This document shows, piece after piece, positions 63,601 through 64,000 of a stretch of DNA of 64,000 nucleotides. The DNA lies in NCBI GenBank assembly GCA_028534125.1, contig CM052816.1, forward strand, positions 29,142,001 through 29,206,000. The letters are read 5' to 3'. Both the position numbers and the translations under genes were made by a program. The notes beneath the pieces were generated by a model, which saw only the letters and a program-made list of their open reading frames with translations, had not been told where the DNA came from and made no database searches. Numbering within the stretch: the stretch's first letter is position 1; each line of letters starts with the position of its first letter. Source of the DNA: Lama glama. Its lineage: Eukaryota.

Positions 63601-64000
63601 AGACCCTGACTATCTAGAGGTTATACACCCACACAACCAACCTGAGGACTTCAATAACACTTCTGCCTCCTACACACATATCTCCCTCAGTCTACTCACA
63701 GTTTCTGAAGTCTTCTTTCCTTCACATTTCTCTTGAGGATAGAGGAGGAGGTAGTTCAGGCTAGCCCAGACTCCCCTAGGATCTCAAAAGGTTGTCTATC
63801 ACTAACCCCTCACCTTCTGGGATGCTCTTTAGATCTTCCCATTTGGGGGAATTTTCATTTCATCTGTCTTTCAAATTGCTGGCTGGAGATGGCCTGTTGG
63901 AAGGTGGCTATAGGCAAGCAGAAGTTCTTCAGACTGCCTAGCCCTTCTTGACTGTCAGAAGTTTTCAGGGATGTTCTAGGAAACACTGTTTGTTCTACAG

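Noticed and set aside
1..64000. CRISPR arrays, operons, prokaryotic defence systems or intact retroviral genes
   Set aside because: The sequence is mammalian non-coding DNA; I saw no regularly spaced repeat-spacer array, no long ORFs and no gag/pol/env coding remnants

Overview
This is AT-rich, repeat-dense mammalian non-coding DNA, most likely from a camelid (alpaca/llama/camel). The assignment rests on three Vic-1-type tRNA-derived SINEs and cetartiodactyl-style L1 3' tails. I recognise no host protein-coding gene: the ORF track is explained by L1 ORF2 remnants and chance ORFs. Much of the window is recognisable transposon debris: L1, L2, MIR, MaLR/ERVL/ERV1 LTRs, a ~3.4 kb MER4-group-like ERV1 remnant and hAT MITEs including two MER53 copies. 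Family names and most repeat boundaries are from memory of consensus sequences and are approximate unless a TSD is quoted. The most interesting observations are: (1) a repeat-free segment at ~32.88-33.18 kb with a perfect DR5 retinoic-acid response element plus PBX-HOX and MEIS motifs; (2) a young CpG-retaining solo LTR at 975-1362 with an exact 5-bp TSD and a perfect DR1; (3) a perfect 52-bp dispersed duplication; (4) an L1 with a relocated, inverted internal piece; (5) a strong L1 strand bias and a few weak exon candidates suggesting a minus-strand host transcript. I found no evidence for a novel multi-gene system.
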